Assembly: GCF_964194025.1 (NCBI RefSeq) | Contig: NC_134470.1 | Location: 26,288,001-26,352,000 of the forward strand | DNA length: 64,000 nucleotides | Direction: 5' to 3' | DNA from: Convolutriloba macropyga | Lineage: Eukaryota | Shown: positions 10,631-23,868 of the stretch, in pieces | How the letters are laid out: every line of letters starts with the position of its first letter | Position numbering within the stretch: the stretch's first letter is position 1 | Made by a program: the position numbers and the translations under genes | Notes under the pieces: model-generated | What the model was told of the DNA's origin: nothing | The model's database searches: none | What the model saw: only the letters and a program-made list of their open reading frames with translations

Positions 10631-13600
10631 ACAATAAGGCAGTAAACTTAATTAGCACACCCGCAACACGAGTATACAAACATGTTTACTACAATTTCCC
10701 CGCTCCGCGAAAGCTTGCCTCAAATACCAATTGTAATTTAAACAATTCAAATTATGTAGCCCCGCGCGGCAAAGTCCGTTTGGCACTTCTCTCGCTCAGC
10801 AAAATACCAGTAAGAGTAAAGAGTTATTCCAAATTCGGAATGAATTAGCTCTCGCGCAGCGCGAACCTCAAATTATTCAATCTAAAATCCCGCCAATTAG
10901 GAGACATTCCTCAAATATCATTAAAAGTCATTACTCAAAAATAAAATCGGTGCTTTTTGCCTCTAGTCATTCTACAATTCAGTCGCGTATTTTCAAGCCC
11001 AAAAATCCAATTTCATCTAAATTGTCATCAGAAATCAATTATATAAACACAATCAGTAACACAATGCCCTCTAAGAAACGTATCACTCGCGTTCGTTTTA
11101 ATGATACATCTCGCACTGCAAATCAACAGTCATCCAGTGAAAACACAACAGGCTCCGCAAGTCAGCGACTTTATTCACCGAGCACTTCTCGCGCCGCAAA
11201 TCAACGCAATGAATCCTCAAACGACACCCGCGCAGCTAGTTCCCCACCAACAACTCCAACCTCTCCGTCTCACTCGTCAGTCAAACGCAAGTACCCCTCT
11301 CACGCCCAGCCCACATGTGCCAACAATTGACTATATCGTATCGAAAATTTTCAATAAGTCATTGATTGCATCACTGACTAGCAAGGACGCAGTAATGAAA
11401 GAGGTCCGGGATTGTATTTTAACTAACAATGAAAGTAGACTCAAAGCCCTCAATCCCTACATACATTCTTATTGAAGGGACCTCCGTGTACGTTCCGGGT
11501 GTGTATGCATTGATGAAAAGATCGCCAAACCAAACGTCTTGCGAGAGGCAATGACAGATGACATCCATTCCAGCCACCCGGGCACATGGGGTATGATATG
11601 TATGGCCACGCATTGCTGGTGGCCATATATGCATCGCGAACTGATAGTTAAGGCTACTGAGTGCAAGCCCTGCACGGTGATTGGTAAGAACCTTAAATGT
11701 GTTTTTCCTGCTAAAGAATTTAATCCTCACACAACGTGTGTTGAACCAAATCAAGAAATTCAGATTGATTTTGGCGGCCCAATTTTTGACGAAAAGGGGA
11801 ATGAAGTTTACTTCTTAGCAGCAATTGACCATTTTTCCAAATATCCCACTGCATGTATTTATGACAAAGCTAATGGACCAAATGTTATAAAATTTTTGTA
11901 CATTTACATTGAAAATCACGGGACTCCACGGTCTATCCGTTTAGATCAAGCAAAGTGTTTCGTTGGCAATCAAGTAAAGACCTTTTGTAATAGAAATAAT
12001 AGACATAATTGAAACTCCAGTGAACGATCATCGTGCTATTGGTTTGGTAGAAAGACTTATTCAAGTAATTAAGAATAGACTCGCATGTATTAAAGAAGAA
12101 AAATCGTCTACTAACGCGTTTCATGTAAAGCATGCATTAATGATAATAATACATCAATTGCGAATATGTAAACAAAGAACAACAAAGATCTCGCCCTTCG
12201 AAGCACATTTTGGAAGAAAACTTAATACCCCGCTGAGCGTGATATCGACAAAACCTCACATATGAAAATATTGTAAACTATTATTTAGATGAAGAAACAG
12301 TGATGCCGGAAGAAATCTTACCAGACAAGGGGGTGAACGGCTACCGCAGTGACATTGAAGTTAAAGTTGGCATGTCATGAGCAACACGCGAGGCGAAAAA
12401 CAGAGAAAGGGCCAGCACAGACGGCGAATCACGTTTTCTGAAAACAAAAGCATTTCGCCCCATTTCTTTGAAAGAAAGAGCAGTAGAACTTAACCTAGCC
12501 CGAAAAATCCATGGGAAGGAACGATCAAAGAAGAACTTGGAGGGACTATATGAAATCGTCGCGCCCATCTTGAAGGTTAGCCCGACGACTTCAACAATCA
12601 AGGAACCCGGGAAACCCATAGTAACGGTACGCAATAGTTATATTGCGAAGTTTAGCACACAACTGGAGCGTCAAACCCCATTGAAAGCGTACGCGGACCT
12701 CCGGGGACCAAGATCGAGTGAGAAGTCTGTAGAAGAACTGATACAAAGTCACGTGAAGGAGTATACACGAAAACAAAAAGGGGATAAACACCGAAAACGT
12801 GACCCGGGCAGCGGAGTATCCTCATCCAAATCAAATATTTCAAGTGCTATGCGAGGGCGAATCCCCAAAATCCCTAACTCCCTCGCCATCCGAAATCCAC
12901 AACCAGATGCCGATTGGTGATAACACAACAGATAACTCAATTATCGGCGACGAGTTCAAACTGCTCCCAAAGCAGATTTGTGATATGTTGTGCAAACATT
13001 AGAACAGGATATTGAATCAGGGCATATTTCAAATCTGCCTAATATTTTGGGAATTCGATTACCTTGCAGTCAACCTTAAAATTGATTTCTTGTCCTTTTC
13101 ACATTGGTTTGTATATTCAAATTCTGAAAAAATGAACTCTTTAAAAATATATCCGACAGATTGCCAGATAATAGCCGCCAACTAGACTGCTGTGACCTGT
13201 TTTAAATGCTAAAGCAAGTTAAAAAAGCAAATTTTCAAAAAGAAGAATTTGAGACTAATTTTTTGTTCTTAATGTGAAAAAAGATTTGAAAAGTTTTTTT
13301 AAGTCCCATCAATTGATTGAGGCCTGCTACGCAATATGGTTTTGTGTTAGTTACACTCTATTGATCTTCAATCCCAGGTGTAGGTTTAAAATGAATATGA
13401 GTTCGAGCATATAGGAGTCATTTTTTTAATTGAAGTACGTCATGTATGATCAGAAGTTTATCTTGCCGTTATTCTAAAAAGTAAAAAAAAAACATATTGA
13501 GAAATGACGTCAGCCGTACAAATTTATCTGCAAAGTGATTAAAAAATCCCTGAAAAATCAAAAGTCAAACGGTCATAGGAAGCAGTGACGGAAACGACTC

Positions 13601-13970
13601 ATTGAAAAACAAACTAAGATGAGAGCAATAATTGCCTCGTTATCACTACCCAGATATAAAAAATTGACCTCAGACACCATTTTTTTGATATTTTCATCAA
13701 CTTTTTTCAGTTAAACACTGTCAGTTAACTCCTGAATAATCTAAATTTCTAGAAATTCGTTACTAAAACAGAGCAGTACTAAAAATACGCACAACCTTAT
13801 TTGTTTATTAAGCGTCTGTTGTTAAGATTCAAGGTTTCAAAAACAAAAAGGTAACTAGATTCTTCTGCTGAAACAGAAAATAAACAGTCTAAAGTGGGAT
13901 GAATTGCCGCGACAGACGGTTACAATTTTACAATGGGTGTATCTTAGAAATGATTAAAGTTAAAAGAACT

Positions 13971-14040
13971 TCGCCCGCGCAGGGGTTCGAACCCCCGTAA
14001 GCCGGTTGGCAGTCTGACATCTTAACCTCTTAACCAAAGC
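13971..14040 (-). pseudogene. Degenerate tRNA-like sequence (GCC-type anticodon loop): tRNA pseudogene or SINE head
   Basis: Minus strand shows A-box TGGTTAAGAGG, loop CTGCCAA and T-arm GGGGGTTCGAACCCCT. The acceptor stem pairs poorly. Confidence 0.6.
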
Positions 14041-16457
14041 TAAAATTGCTTTTATTTCGCTCACAATCGCTTTCATGAATGAACTTTATTTTTGAAGGAG
14101 ACCAAATTGTATAACTCAGTAAGAAGAGCTAATGTGAGAGGTCACTCAGAAAATCGGAGAATTTTCTAGAACCAAAAAGCGAAAACGGTCCAGCGAAAAT
14201 TTTGCATTGAAAACAAACCGTTGTTCACATTAATTCCTTCAAATTTCATTCGGGAGCATTTATACAAATAAATCACGCACATTTTTACTTACATTTCACC
14301 AATTTCTACGTCAAAAAATGTCAAATCTTTACGGGCAAAAAACAAAAAAAGCAAAGTATGTAAGCAGATTGTAGCTAACAAAAAAAATCAAACAAAAGAG
14401 CAAAAAATAAGCTACCAGACCCAAAAACATTACTGCAACGCATTGGATTGACTAATAAGTCCTATTTTGACCCAGTTCAATTTTCTAAAAAACAGTTTGA
14501 CAGAAAACTCAAACCGGAGTTTAAAGAAGTAAAGCAAAAACTTTTCGAAACTTAGTTTGTGAAGAATTACAGCAAACAGCAAAAAAAACGTTCTGTAGCA
14601 GAGTTTTGTGAAAAAGTACTGCATAAGTCAATTTGAAGAAAAATAGAGAACGTTCCTTTTTTATTTCTTCAGAAGCCTGTCCCATTCTAATTGAACGTTT
14701 TTTTTTGCAAATAGGACCGACCGACCAGAACTTCAAAATTCCATTAAAGCTTTTGCAAATCTCACTCAGTGTTCTTTTTATCGGCAAATTGAAAATATCT
14801 CGTTAAATGAAGGAACACACTCGATATTTTAGGTTATTTGCAAATTTCAAGATACAAATTGAAAACAAAGATTGGTTTCAATTTCTTTTGAAAATGGAGC
14901 TGGCGCTAGTGTGATGGCGTGCTTGTGCATCAAATTTGCACGCGATTAAGGTTAAATGGGCATTTTTTGGAAATTCTATTTTATAATACAGAAATTTGGA
15001 GTAACGATGACGTTAATAGAAAGCTATTTAAAAACAATGCAACCCGTCTAATTAGCAGTAAACAGCGAAAATTTCAATGACGCGCCTGTAAATAACGTGG
15101 TAACTATGCTCTTTGACATATTGAAAGCTAATTAGGTATAAAAAAAAACTTTTTCGTACTATAGTGCAACTAATGTATTAAATTACAGCCAGACTTTCTG
15201 TTTAAACAGTTTTCAAACTTAGAGATTTTTCATCGGTTTTTGACTAAACAAATTGTCTATCTCCCAATTGCCCTGAAAATTTTCAAACACAGATCCCTGT
15301 CTCATGTCACGAAGAAAATGTTTCAAATCTAATAGCAGTTAAAAAATAGCTCATGACTCGCCATTTATTTCATTGTCATAAAAGCCATCCTGCTAATGAT
15401 AATATGTTTTCTGCTTGTCATTCAAGAATGAATGCATCCGATTGCGAATATGTATGCTAACTTACATTAATATCCGGCTTTTGAAGCACTGCCTTGCTTA
15501 TTTAAAGAATATTAATAAAACGCGCGATACTCCCGCTAGGGCTATTATCTAAATGTATTTGCAATTAAGGTGAACTTTCTTGTGAAATCGTTTTCTTCGA
15601 TTAAACCTATTCCAGCTTCATCTCCCTGCTTATCTTTATATAAATCATTACCTCACGAAACTCATTTTGCATAACACAACATCAGATCAATAGCGTACAT
15701 CTTGAAAATTTTGGATGAAACTTGTTTTTGATTAACTCAGTGGAAGTTCTCAAGTTTTCATCTCTCGCCTTCGCGTTGGAATATATTATTATATTACCTT
15801 AGCATGCCCTTTGCTTATTTGGGATGCAAGTTTTTGAAATTCCACCGCTGACTGCAGATATTTTGCAGGAGTATCAAAATCTTATGAAATAAAACTGAGC
15901 TGATAACACAAGGTTCTGATTTTCTAATTTTGATTTTTTTCACAATTCAGTCAACGATGAAAATTTTATCTCACGCAATATTGGTTTCATAAAAACCAAG
16001 CTCTTGGTTAACAATTTTACGTTAATGAAAGAACTCGCTCTAATTACAGCTAAATTATTCATAAATTGAGATTCGAAATTATCTCAATCTTTTTGTGAGG
16101 TTAAGAAACCAAGATAGGACCAACAGTAGTTCTCCACAACTGCTTTGAAAATCCAACTTCTACAATCATACATTTTTTTAGGAATTTTAACTCATTTCCT
16201 TCGAGCCAGTGGATTGAGAATAAATTCAAATATTTGCGACTGAACTTAATTTTGCATTCAGGTGCCCTCAATTAATTTCAAGGAAGATTTTGGGGTTCTT
16301 TATTAGCTCAACAACATTGCAAATTTTCCACCCGAAAAGTATTAACTTCTCCATATTATTTGCAATTTTATGCTGTAGAGCCTCATTTTCTCTCATCATA
16401 CTTTTGGGGAAAATTGGGACAAATCAACCGTTGAATTAATCAATTAAAGGTTATCAA

Positions 16458-17195
16458 TTAATTCATCTTGCTGACAAGTTTGTTGATGAAGATCTCGCGA
16501 TTACCGAAATCTCCGCCCTCAACAAAGTGGTTGCCCTTCTTGACGAAGCCTCCCTTGGGACAGCTGAGCTTAAATGGCCAGAGGAAACTAGTGACTGCTT
16601 TGAAGTTCTTCCCAACTGTGTACACCTCATGCACCAAGTCCTCCATACAGATGATGTTCCGCTTCCCAAGGGCACTTTCAATCATTTCGTTAGAGACCAG
16701 CGCCTTCCTCTGGTTGTAGATCTTGGCGTATCCTCGCTTGTAGATGAGCTCTCTCACCGTCTTCAGAGTCGGGTAGCCCCATGCGATATAAGGCTCCACC
16801 AATCTGAGCATGTTGAGCGATGCCTTGTTGAGTTTAACGAAGACTCCATTGTTGATCTGTCGCAGCCTCAACAGCTGCAGGATCTTCCTTGTCTTTGGGT
16901 GGACACCATTGATACCTCTGATTCGGATGACGAAGGCCAATTTGGCCTCTGGAGGGACGTAGAACTTGCTATTGGCTCTTGCCTCTCTCGCCAGTCGGAA
17001 TTTGTCAATGTACTGCTTCTTGTACTCTGCAGCATACTTCTCCGCACGCTTAAAATAAGCAGTCTTTCTAGCCTCCAAAGCCTGCTTCCTCTTTTCCTGC
17101 GTTTCCTTCACAAGTTTTAATTTCTTCTCAGTTAATCGTCGCTTCTTCAACAGGTATTCAGGTACTCGCGGAAGAGGGGGCAGATTCTTCACCAT
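16458..17195 (-). CDS. RPL7: 60S ribosomal protein L7 (uL30)
   Basis: Intact 245-aa ORF with [55 protein letters not shown] and [12 protein letters not shown]. Splice acceptor TTTTTCAG ~40 nt upstream of ATG; AATAAA at 16304-16299. Confidence 0.97.
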   Translation of the reverse strand: MVKNLPPLPRVPEYLLKKRRLTEKKLKLVKETQEKRKQALEARKTAYFKRAEKYAAEYKKQYIDKFRLAREARANSKFYVPPEAKLAFVIRIRGINGVHPKTRKILQLLRLRQINNGVFVKLNKASLNMLRLVEPYIAWGYPTLKTVRELIYKRGYAKIYNQRKALVSNEMIESALGKRNIICMEDLVHEVYTVGKNFKAVTSFLWPFKLSCPKGGFVKKGNHFVEGGDFGNREIFINKLVSKMN

Positions 17196-20100
17196 TTTGA
17201 CAGATATTAAGGAGCAGGATCACAACAAGTGCTCTGAAAAACAACATCAAATAACAACCTTAAAACAAGTCAAATCAAGCTATCTGCATTTAACTGCTAT
17301 TTAATGCAAATAGAGATTTTAAAAATGTAACATTAGAAAACTGCTGTGGATAATTTCCATAAAAAGAGAACTCGCTTCCTCATTCTTTTTCGATTGTCAA
17401 AAAGATGTAGTGATTGTTCAGGGCCATGAACAAGACGGCTCATGAGAGCCTGTGCTTAGCACAGAATCTTCCAACATACCTCTCCAGATTGTCAAAAAAG
17501 TTTTATTCGTTTCATCGAATTATCCTAAAACAACTAAGGCAGTCAAAATCGAAACTGTCTCCAGCAAATATTGGAGTTTAACCTATATAAGTAAACATAA
17601 CCGACTAACGTCGGGTGAATTGCACTCAAACGCCCCGCAAGCGGTTGACTTCGGCAGTAGCTAGCTGGGGCTTGAGGTGGGGGGGGGGTAAAGGAGGGTG
17701 GACGGGGGAGCATTGGGGGTCAAACTTTTAACATTAAGAACAGCCCTGCATACCATGAAACTGTCTCATCAGAACAGTTTCAGTGAATCGCATACTTAGA
17801 GACCAGTAGGGTGCAAGGCTCCAAGAGAGCTGCTCACCCACTTAATACCCTCCAGGCTTTACCTATTCATCCCGTATATAAGGACAAAAATTTAAAGGGT
17901 CGGACAAAAAACCGGTCAAACAAAAATTGCATAAAAATACCACGCTACTAATACAATTGCTTCAAACTTAGGTGAGAGTAATTAAACATTCTACAAGCTG
18001 ATAACCAGATAACACCCTCAGATGCTCAAAAAAACTCGAATTTCAATTTACAAAACTTGTCGACAAAATATCTTTGAAGAAAATTGCAAATTTAAGGCAA
18101 AAAAAATTAATTAAAGAAATTTATATAGACTTGAGGCGTACCTCGGTAGGGTCAGAAATTTTGTAGGGTTAGAAAAAACGTTGATTTCCAATCTTTTAGA
18201 CTTTGTACAGCTATAATTCTTTTCTAAGAAAGGAAGGGAAGCTGCCAAAACCGATTGGGCACACCTCTCGATTCTGAAAGATTTGTTAGTCTAAAGAAGC
18301 ATTTCTTTCATTTTGAGCCAGTTTTAATTTTTGAAATGCGATAAAGTGCGCAAGTCTTTGACAAGCTTCTCAAAACGAAGCCTCATTTGGTATCTTCAAT
18401 TTGTGAGATTCCAAATACAGATCAGTTGTTTTTTTTTTACAAAAAAAGGTTTGTTTTCCAAGTGAATTATCTGCATCCCTGTGTAAATGCCTGATAAGCA
18501 CGTTAGCTTATAAAACACGTAAGTCAGCTGTTTAAAACAATATTTCACGACTTCATGACACAAATTCAAGATATCGTAAATGTAGATTTCAATTCAATGA
18601 AGAATTTATTTTTGATATCCAGATGTTAGCTTCAACAAAAAAAAAGATACTGATCATAACATCAAATCATATAAGCCTTATCGAAAATTATATTGTAATT
18701 TTGTTTAATCCAAGATTGAGATGAATTATATGTAGGGATATGAATGAGAGCAGCAAAGCGGAACGAAGAAAACTTGTAGATGTCTTTCAAATAATTCGGT
18801 AATTGTTTACTTTCTCATTGTTTTTCTGAACTGGATTCCTGGTTCTTTTTGTTTCCGACTTTATTTGCATTCAAAACTTTATACCTTTTGCCCACAAAAG
18901 ATGTGAGGAAAAGTTGAGGCATTCTTTAAATTATAAAATCTAGATTTCCAAAATGTGATGAGCAAATTAACTTTCTGATTTTTTATGAAAATACTTATGC
19001 ACTTAATTTCTGTCCTTATTCGTGGTCTATAACCATCTAGCTGAAATTTCTCACATCATAAAAAAAAGTTTATTTCTTCGATATAGAGAAATTAACATAG
19101 CCGGCAGATTGCCGGAATAGCTGCGAAAGAATAGACCTGCGTGCCATATAATAGAGATAGAAATAGATAAAGATCTAAATTGAAAAAAAAATTGACGCCG
19201 CTCAAAAAACTATGTAAAAAACATTCAGCGATAAATTAATAAAGCTTGTTAAAATTCATTCCGCAGAAGCCTCTTATTAGGGACCTTTACTGCACAAATG
19301 AGTTCCTTTGACCTTAAACAAATTCAATTTAAACATAAGTTTTAAAGTGCAAAAGTCATTTTATTGAGTGAGGTAAGTCACGTATGATCAAAATGAGCAA
19401 ATAACCTAAAAACTTTTGCTAAAGCGAGTGAGAAATGACGTCACGCGCACAAATCGTGTTTCGGTTCTTCAAAAAACTCGCACATGTTCTTCGCTGCTGA
19501 AGCCTTGAGCCTGCTGCCTTTTTTGATATCGTTTGTATGCATGCTGTTTACTAGATCGTGATTTTAGGCCGAGTTGCTTTGGATTTTGTCCATGAAAAAT
19601 GAATATTTCGAATGGCAACAGCGTGACAAACAGTAAAAGAATAAAGCAGCTTAACCTTCTTTTCTGTGTAAGCGGATAGAATTAGAATGAAATCTCGTTT
19701 GAAACTTCAAGATTTCACGAATTTGTTCACAATTTAGCGCAAAGCAAATGTTTTGAGCGAAAGCAACGCTTAAAAAGCACAAATTGTGCTGTACGTAGCT
19801 TTTTGGTACCATAGTGTACTTTATATGAGAATCTACGCGCGAAAAGACAGGGAACCAAGCATTAATTGCGGATTGAAAGGTAAGAAGACATGTTATGGAA
19901 GCAAGAGTCAAAAACAAAAATGAAAGGCAAATTGTATAATGTACAGATAAGACAAACACAAACACCTAGTGTCTCACTAATTGATCTCAAACAGCAACTA
20001 AATTTTTCAATTTACCAAAAGCTAGATATTCATAGATGAAAAACAAACGGAGGCTTAAATATTGAAAGATTACAGCACCAAGCTTTTTTTGTAAATTAGC

Positions 20101-20250
20101 CGATTAAAATACAAAACTGCATTAGACGCACTTTAGATACACATTATTCGCAATAAACTTTTTCAAATATATTAGTTATTGAGTTGTTCTGAATTTCTCT
20201 CAGGTTTCAACGGATAGTGCAGAATAAGCCTGAGAACAATAAAAACTTAA

Positions 20251-20934
20251 CTATAACTCTAGCACTGCACCAAAAGCTATCCCAACCCCGATTAATAAGA
20301 TGACAGCAAAGCACAGAATAATGGCCATACCAACAGACAAAGTTGTTCTTTGAGGCAGCGTGATGCAATTGACTTGTTTGTCTATTGATATACTGAGTAA
20401 TACTGCATCAAAATCTGAAAACAATCTCGATTGCATGATCTCCCTTCCTCGCTTTGAAGAGCTCCCATTTGATGTGTAGTCTGCAAACGATACAGGTGCA
20501 AAAGCCAGTCCAGTGACAAATGAAGAGTGAGCCAGCTCTACTCTTTTCACACATTTCAAAGAAAAGGATATGTACAATGATATATGCCCTTCTAGAGTAC
20601 CCAGACCAAGAAAGTTCCCATCAAAGCTCGACACTAGACATGAGGGCGTGTCTTTACTTGCAATCACAGCTTTCCTCTCTGGCAACAGACGCGAATCCCA
20701 TTTAACTAGAAACATATGGGCTGCTTTCTTGTTTCGATTCTTCATAACTTTAGGAATATGGACAGAATAGAGTTTGAGCTTGGATCTGTCGTGGTTCACA
20801 GGTGCGTAACAACACGCTCTGCATCTGTAGCTCTTAAGCTGCTCCTCGTCTGAGCTCCAAAAGAGTTCATTGTCAAGTTCTCCCTTCTCCAGATTCACTT
20901 CACACATACTACCGTCTCTGCCACACGTTACTGC
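20251..20934 (-). CDS. PREB: PREB/SEC12 coding exon 2 (WD40 repeats plus C-terminal transmembrane helix); spliced protein ~412 aa
   Basis: Phase-0 acceptor TTTCAG|GCA matches exon 1. Contains YRCRACCY, SFDGNFLGLGTLEG, AHSSFVTGLAF, LLSISID and a hydrophobic C-terminal helix. Confidence 0.9.
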   Translation of the reverse strand, partial: AVTCGRDGSMCEVNLEKGELDNELFWSSDEEQLKSYRCRACCYAPVNHDRSKLKLYSVHIPKVMKNRNKKAAHMFLVKWDSRLLPERKAVIASKDTPSCLVSSFDGNFLGLGTLEGHISLYISFSLKCVKRVELAHSSFVTGLAFAPVSFADYTSNGSSSKRGREIMQSRLFSDFDAVLLSISIDKQVNCITLPQRTTLSVGMAIILCFAVILLIGVGIAFGAVLEL

Positions 20935-21840
20935 CTGAAACATCAGTCGGAATTAGGCTATTCCTACATTCCTTTGCAGCATTCAACTTTTTAAAGACTT
21001 GTCGAGATGTTTCTCATAACGAAACCCGAACCAAAGAACAAGACAAAAACGCATGTTTGAGAAAGGACAGTAGAGCATCCAAAAGCGATCTTAACAAGAA
21101 ATAATAATTATGGATCAATGGGAGAGGAATCCACATAAGTGACCTGATTATGCATGGAATAAATAAGGAAGAGAATTCACAGAATTTTGAAATACTTTCA
21201 GTAATGGCCAGAAATATTCAACTACTTTCAAAATAGTAGCTAAATAGTTTATTCCAAAATATTCCGCATAATTAACTTTTAATTAATAGATATCAAAGCC
21301 AGTAATGATTTAAAAAAACCATTGCGTGAAGTAAACATCATCTTAGTTTTGCCCACTCTCCACTTGCACGATGAAAAATAATAAAACGGTACAAAAAGCA
21401 GAAAACCAAAAACAATGAGCCAAAACAAACTGGTAATAGAAAGACTTAATCCACTGACTCAGAATATCTAGCACGTCCTTTCAAAGGCAATTAACTCATA
21501 TTGGAAAAATTGGCAAAATCGAATTGATACAAAGTCACTCATTAACACCATTATGTTACCAAAAAGCTGAAAACGGAAAACCATTTATCTACCCCATTAT
21601 TCTACAGTAAGATAAACGTATGAAAACAGGAGAGTATTACAAACTAGCGTCATATGAATCGTTCACAAACAACGAGCGCGCCGTTAGCTTTGGCTGTAGC
21701 CAGTCTTAGTTAAGGAGGCTAGCCTACGTCGTTAAGAGTGCTGAAATTTGGCGCGGGCAGAAAAGTGGAGAAAAAGTGTTTCTCAACCTACCAAATTTGC
21801 CGTCTAGAGTTGGCTGCTTTTGCATGTGTGTATGGCTGCT

Positions 21841-23868
21841 TAACTTTATTCCTTTGCTCATTCCTTGATATCCTATTTTTATTTTAAACTTTCCTTACCA
21901 GTTCCTTTTGTGTGCTATTTATATATACTAGCAGGCCCGCAAAAAGTATAACAAGATCATTTGAAAAATAGAAATTTTAAAATTCATTTTTTTTCTACCA
22001 CCTCGGGCTGGAACACATGCCCCTTGTTCAACAGCCATAGGTATTACGTTATGTTACCGATGTGTTTGGTTTAGTATAATACCTCCAAGTCACAGCAATT
22101 TTGTGTTCAACTTTTTTTGGCTTTGCTGACCCTTATAATTAGGGAGCGCTGAGACTTGTACAGATAACGAAATTCTACATAGTGTCGTAGCGTAACGCAT
22201 GTAATACGTTAGGCTGCATTTTTAAGGAGCGTAAAAAAGAGAAGAAACAAGATATGGAGGGAGAGAAAACAGAAAAAAGAAAAGAAAGACAGAAAGGAAT
22301 GAGAAAAGAAAGAAACGAAAGGGCAAAACGAGACAGAAGACAAAGGAAAGACAGAAAAAAGAAAAAGGGCAGCAAAACAGAACAGAAAAAAAAGAGAAAA
22401 GAAAGACAGAAAAGACAAAAGAAAGAGAAAAAAGACAAAAGAAAGGAAGAGAAAGAGAGAAAAGCAAGATAAAACGAGAGAAAAAATGACCGAAAAAAAA
22501 TACAAAATAGAGAGAAAAAATGGGTGGACGAAAGAGAAAAAAGTCAAAAAAGACAAAGGAAACAGAGAAAGAAAAACAAACGAAAAAAAGAGCAAGAGAG
22601 AAAGGAGGGAAAAGAAAAAAAGGACAGAAAAGAAAGAGAAAAGAAAGACAAACAAAAGAGAGAAAATAAATCGAGAAACGAAAGACAGAAAAGAAAGAGA
22701 CAAAAGACAGAAAAGCAAGAAAAGAGAAAAGCAAGAGAGAAGTAAGAGAGAAAAACAGGAGAGGGAGAGAAAAGGCGAAAGGAGAGAAAGAAGAGAAAGA
22801 GGGAGCAGAAAGAAACAAATGAGAAAAGAAAGGAAAAAAGAACAAAGGAAAGAGTTAAACTTTATTCCTTTGCTCATTCCTTGATATCCTATTTTTATTT
22901 TAAACTTTCCTTACCAGTTCCTTTTGTGTGCTATTTATATATACTAGCAGGCCCGCAAAAAGTATAACAAGATCATTTGAAAAATAGAAATTTTAAAATT
23001 CATTTTTTTTCTACCACCTCGGGCTGGAACACATGCCCCTTGTTCAACAGCCATAGGTATTACGTTATGTTACCGATGTGTTTGGTTTAGTATAATACCT
23101 CCAAGTCACAGCAATTTTGTGTTCAACTTTTTTTGGCTTTGCTGACCCTTATAATTAGGGAGCTCTGAGACTTGTACAGATAACGAAATTCTACATAGTG
23201 TCGTAGCGTAACGCATGTAATACGTTAGGCTGCATTTTTAAGGAGCGTAAAAAAGATAAGAAACAAGATATGGAGGGAGAGAAAACAGAAAAAAGAAAAG
23301 AAAGACAGAAAGGAATGAGAAAAGAAAGAAACGAAAAGGCAAAACGAGACAGAAGACAAAGGAAAGACAGAAAAAAGAAAAAGGGCAGCAAAACAGAACA
23401 GAAAAAAAAGAGAAAAGAAAGACAGAAAAGACAAAAGAAAGAGAAAAAAGACAACAGAAAGGAAGAGAAAGAGAGAAAAGCAAGATAAAACGAGAGAAAA
23501 AATGACCGAAAAAAAATACAAAATAGAGAGAAAAAATGGGTGGACGAAAGAGAAAAGTCAAAAAAGACAAAGGAAACAGAGAAAGAAAAACAAACGAAAA
23601 AAAGAGCAAGAGCGAAAGGAGGGAAAAGAAAAAAAGGACAGAAAAGAAAGAGAAAAGAAAGACAAACAAAAGAGAGAAAATAAATCGAGAAACGAAAGAC
23701 AGAAAAGAAAGAGACAAAAGACAGAAAAGCAAGAAAAGAGAAAAGCAAGAGAGAAGTAAGAGAGAAAAACAGGAGAGAGGGAGAGAAAAGGCGAAAGGAG
23801 AGAAAGAAGAGAAAGCAGAAAGAAACAAATGAGAAAAGAAAGGAAAAAAGAACGAAGGAAAGAGTTAA
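21841..23868. repeat. Near-identical tandem duplication of an ~1.02-kb unit (units start 21841 and 22857) in the PREB intron
   Basis: actttattcctttgctcattccttgatatcc recurs. Each unit has a degenerate tRNA-like head on the minus strand (~21997-22060) and a purine-rich block. Confidence 0.92.

Larger units (their letters stand above)
7059..12912 (+). mobile_element. Ty3/Gypsy copy C, defective and 3'-truncated (no PPT or 3' LTR)
   Basis: gag 7426-8431, PR-RT 8432-9670, RT/RNase H fragments to 10420, integrase fragments 11539-12912. Homology to copy B ends abruptly at 12912 (equivalent to 1277). Confidence 0.95.

Noticed and set aside
16463-17120. Alternative-frame and antisense ORFs over RPL7 (likewise over the PNN last exon and Gypsy pol)
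   Set aside because: Shadow ORFs of real coding sequence.
17756-17783. CTGATGAG and GAAAC motifs on the minus strand as a hammerhead
   Set aside because: Forms a simple hairpin without hammerhead topology; the homologous repeat copy at ~35522 lacks the motif.
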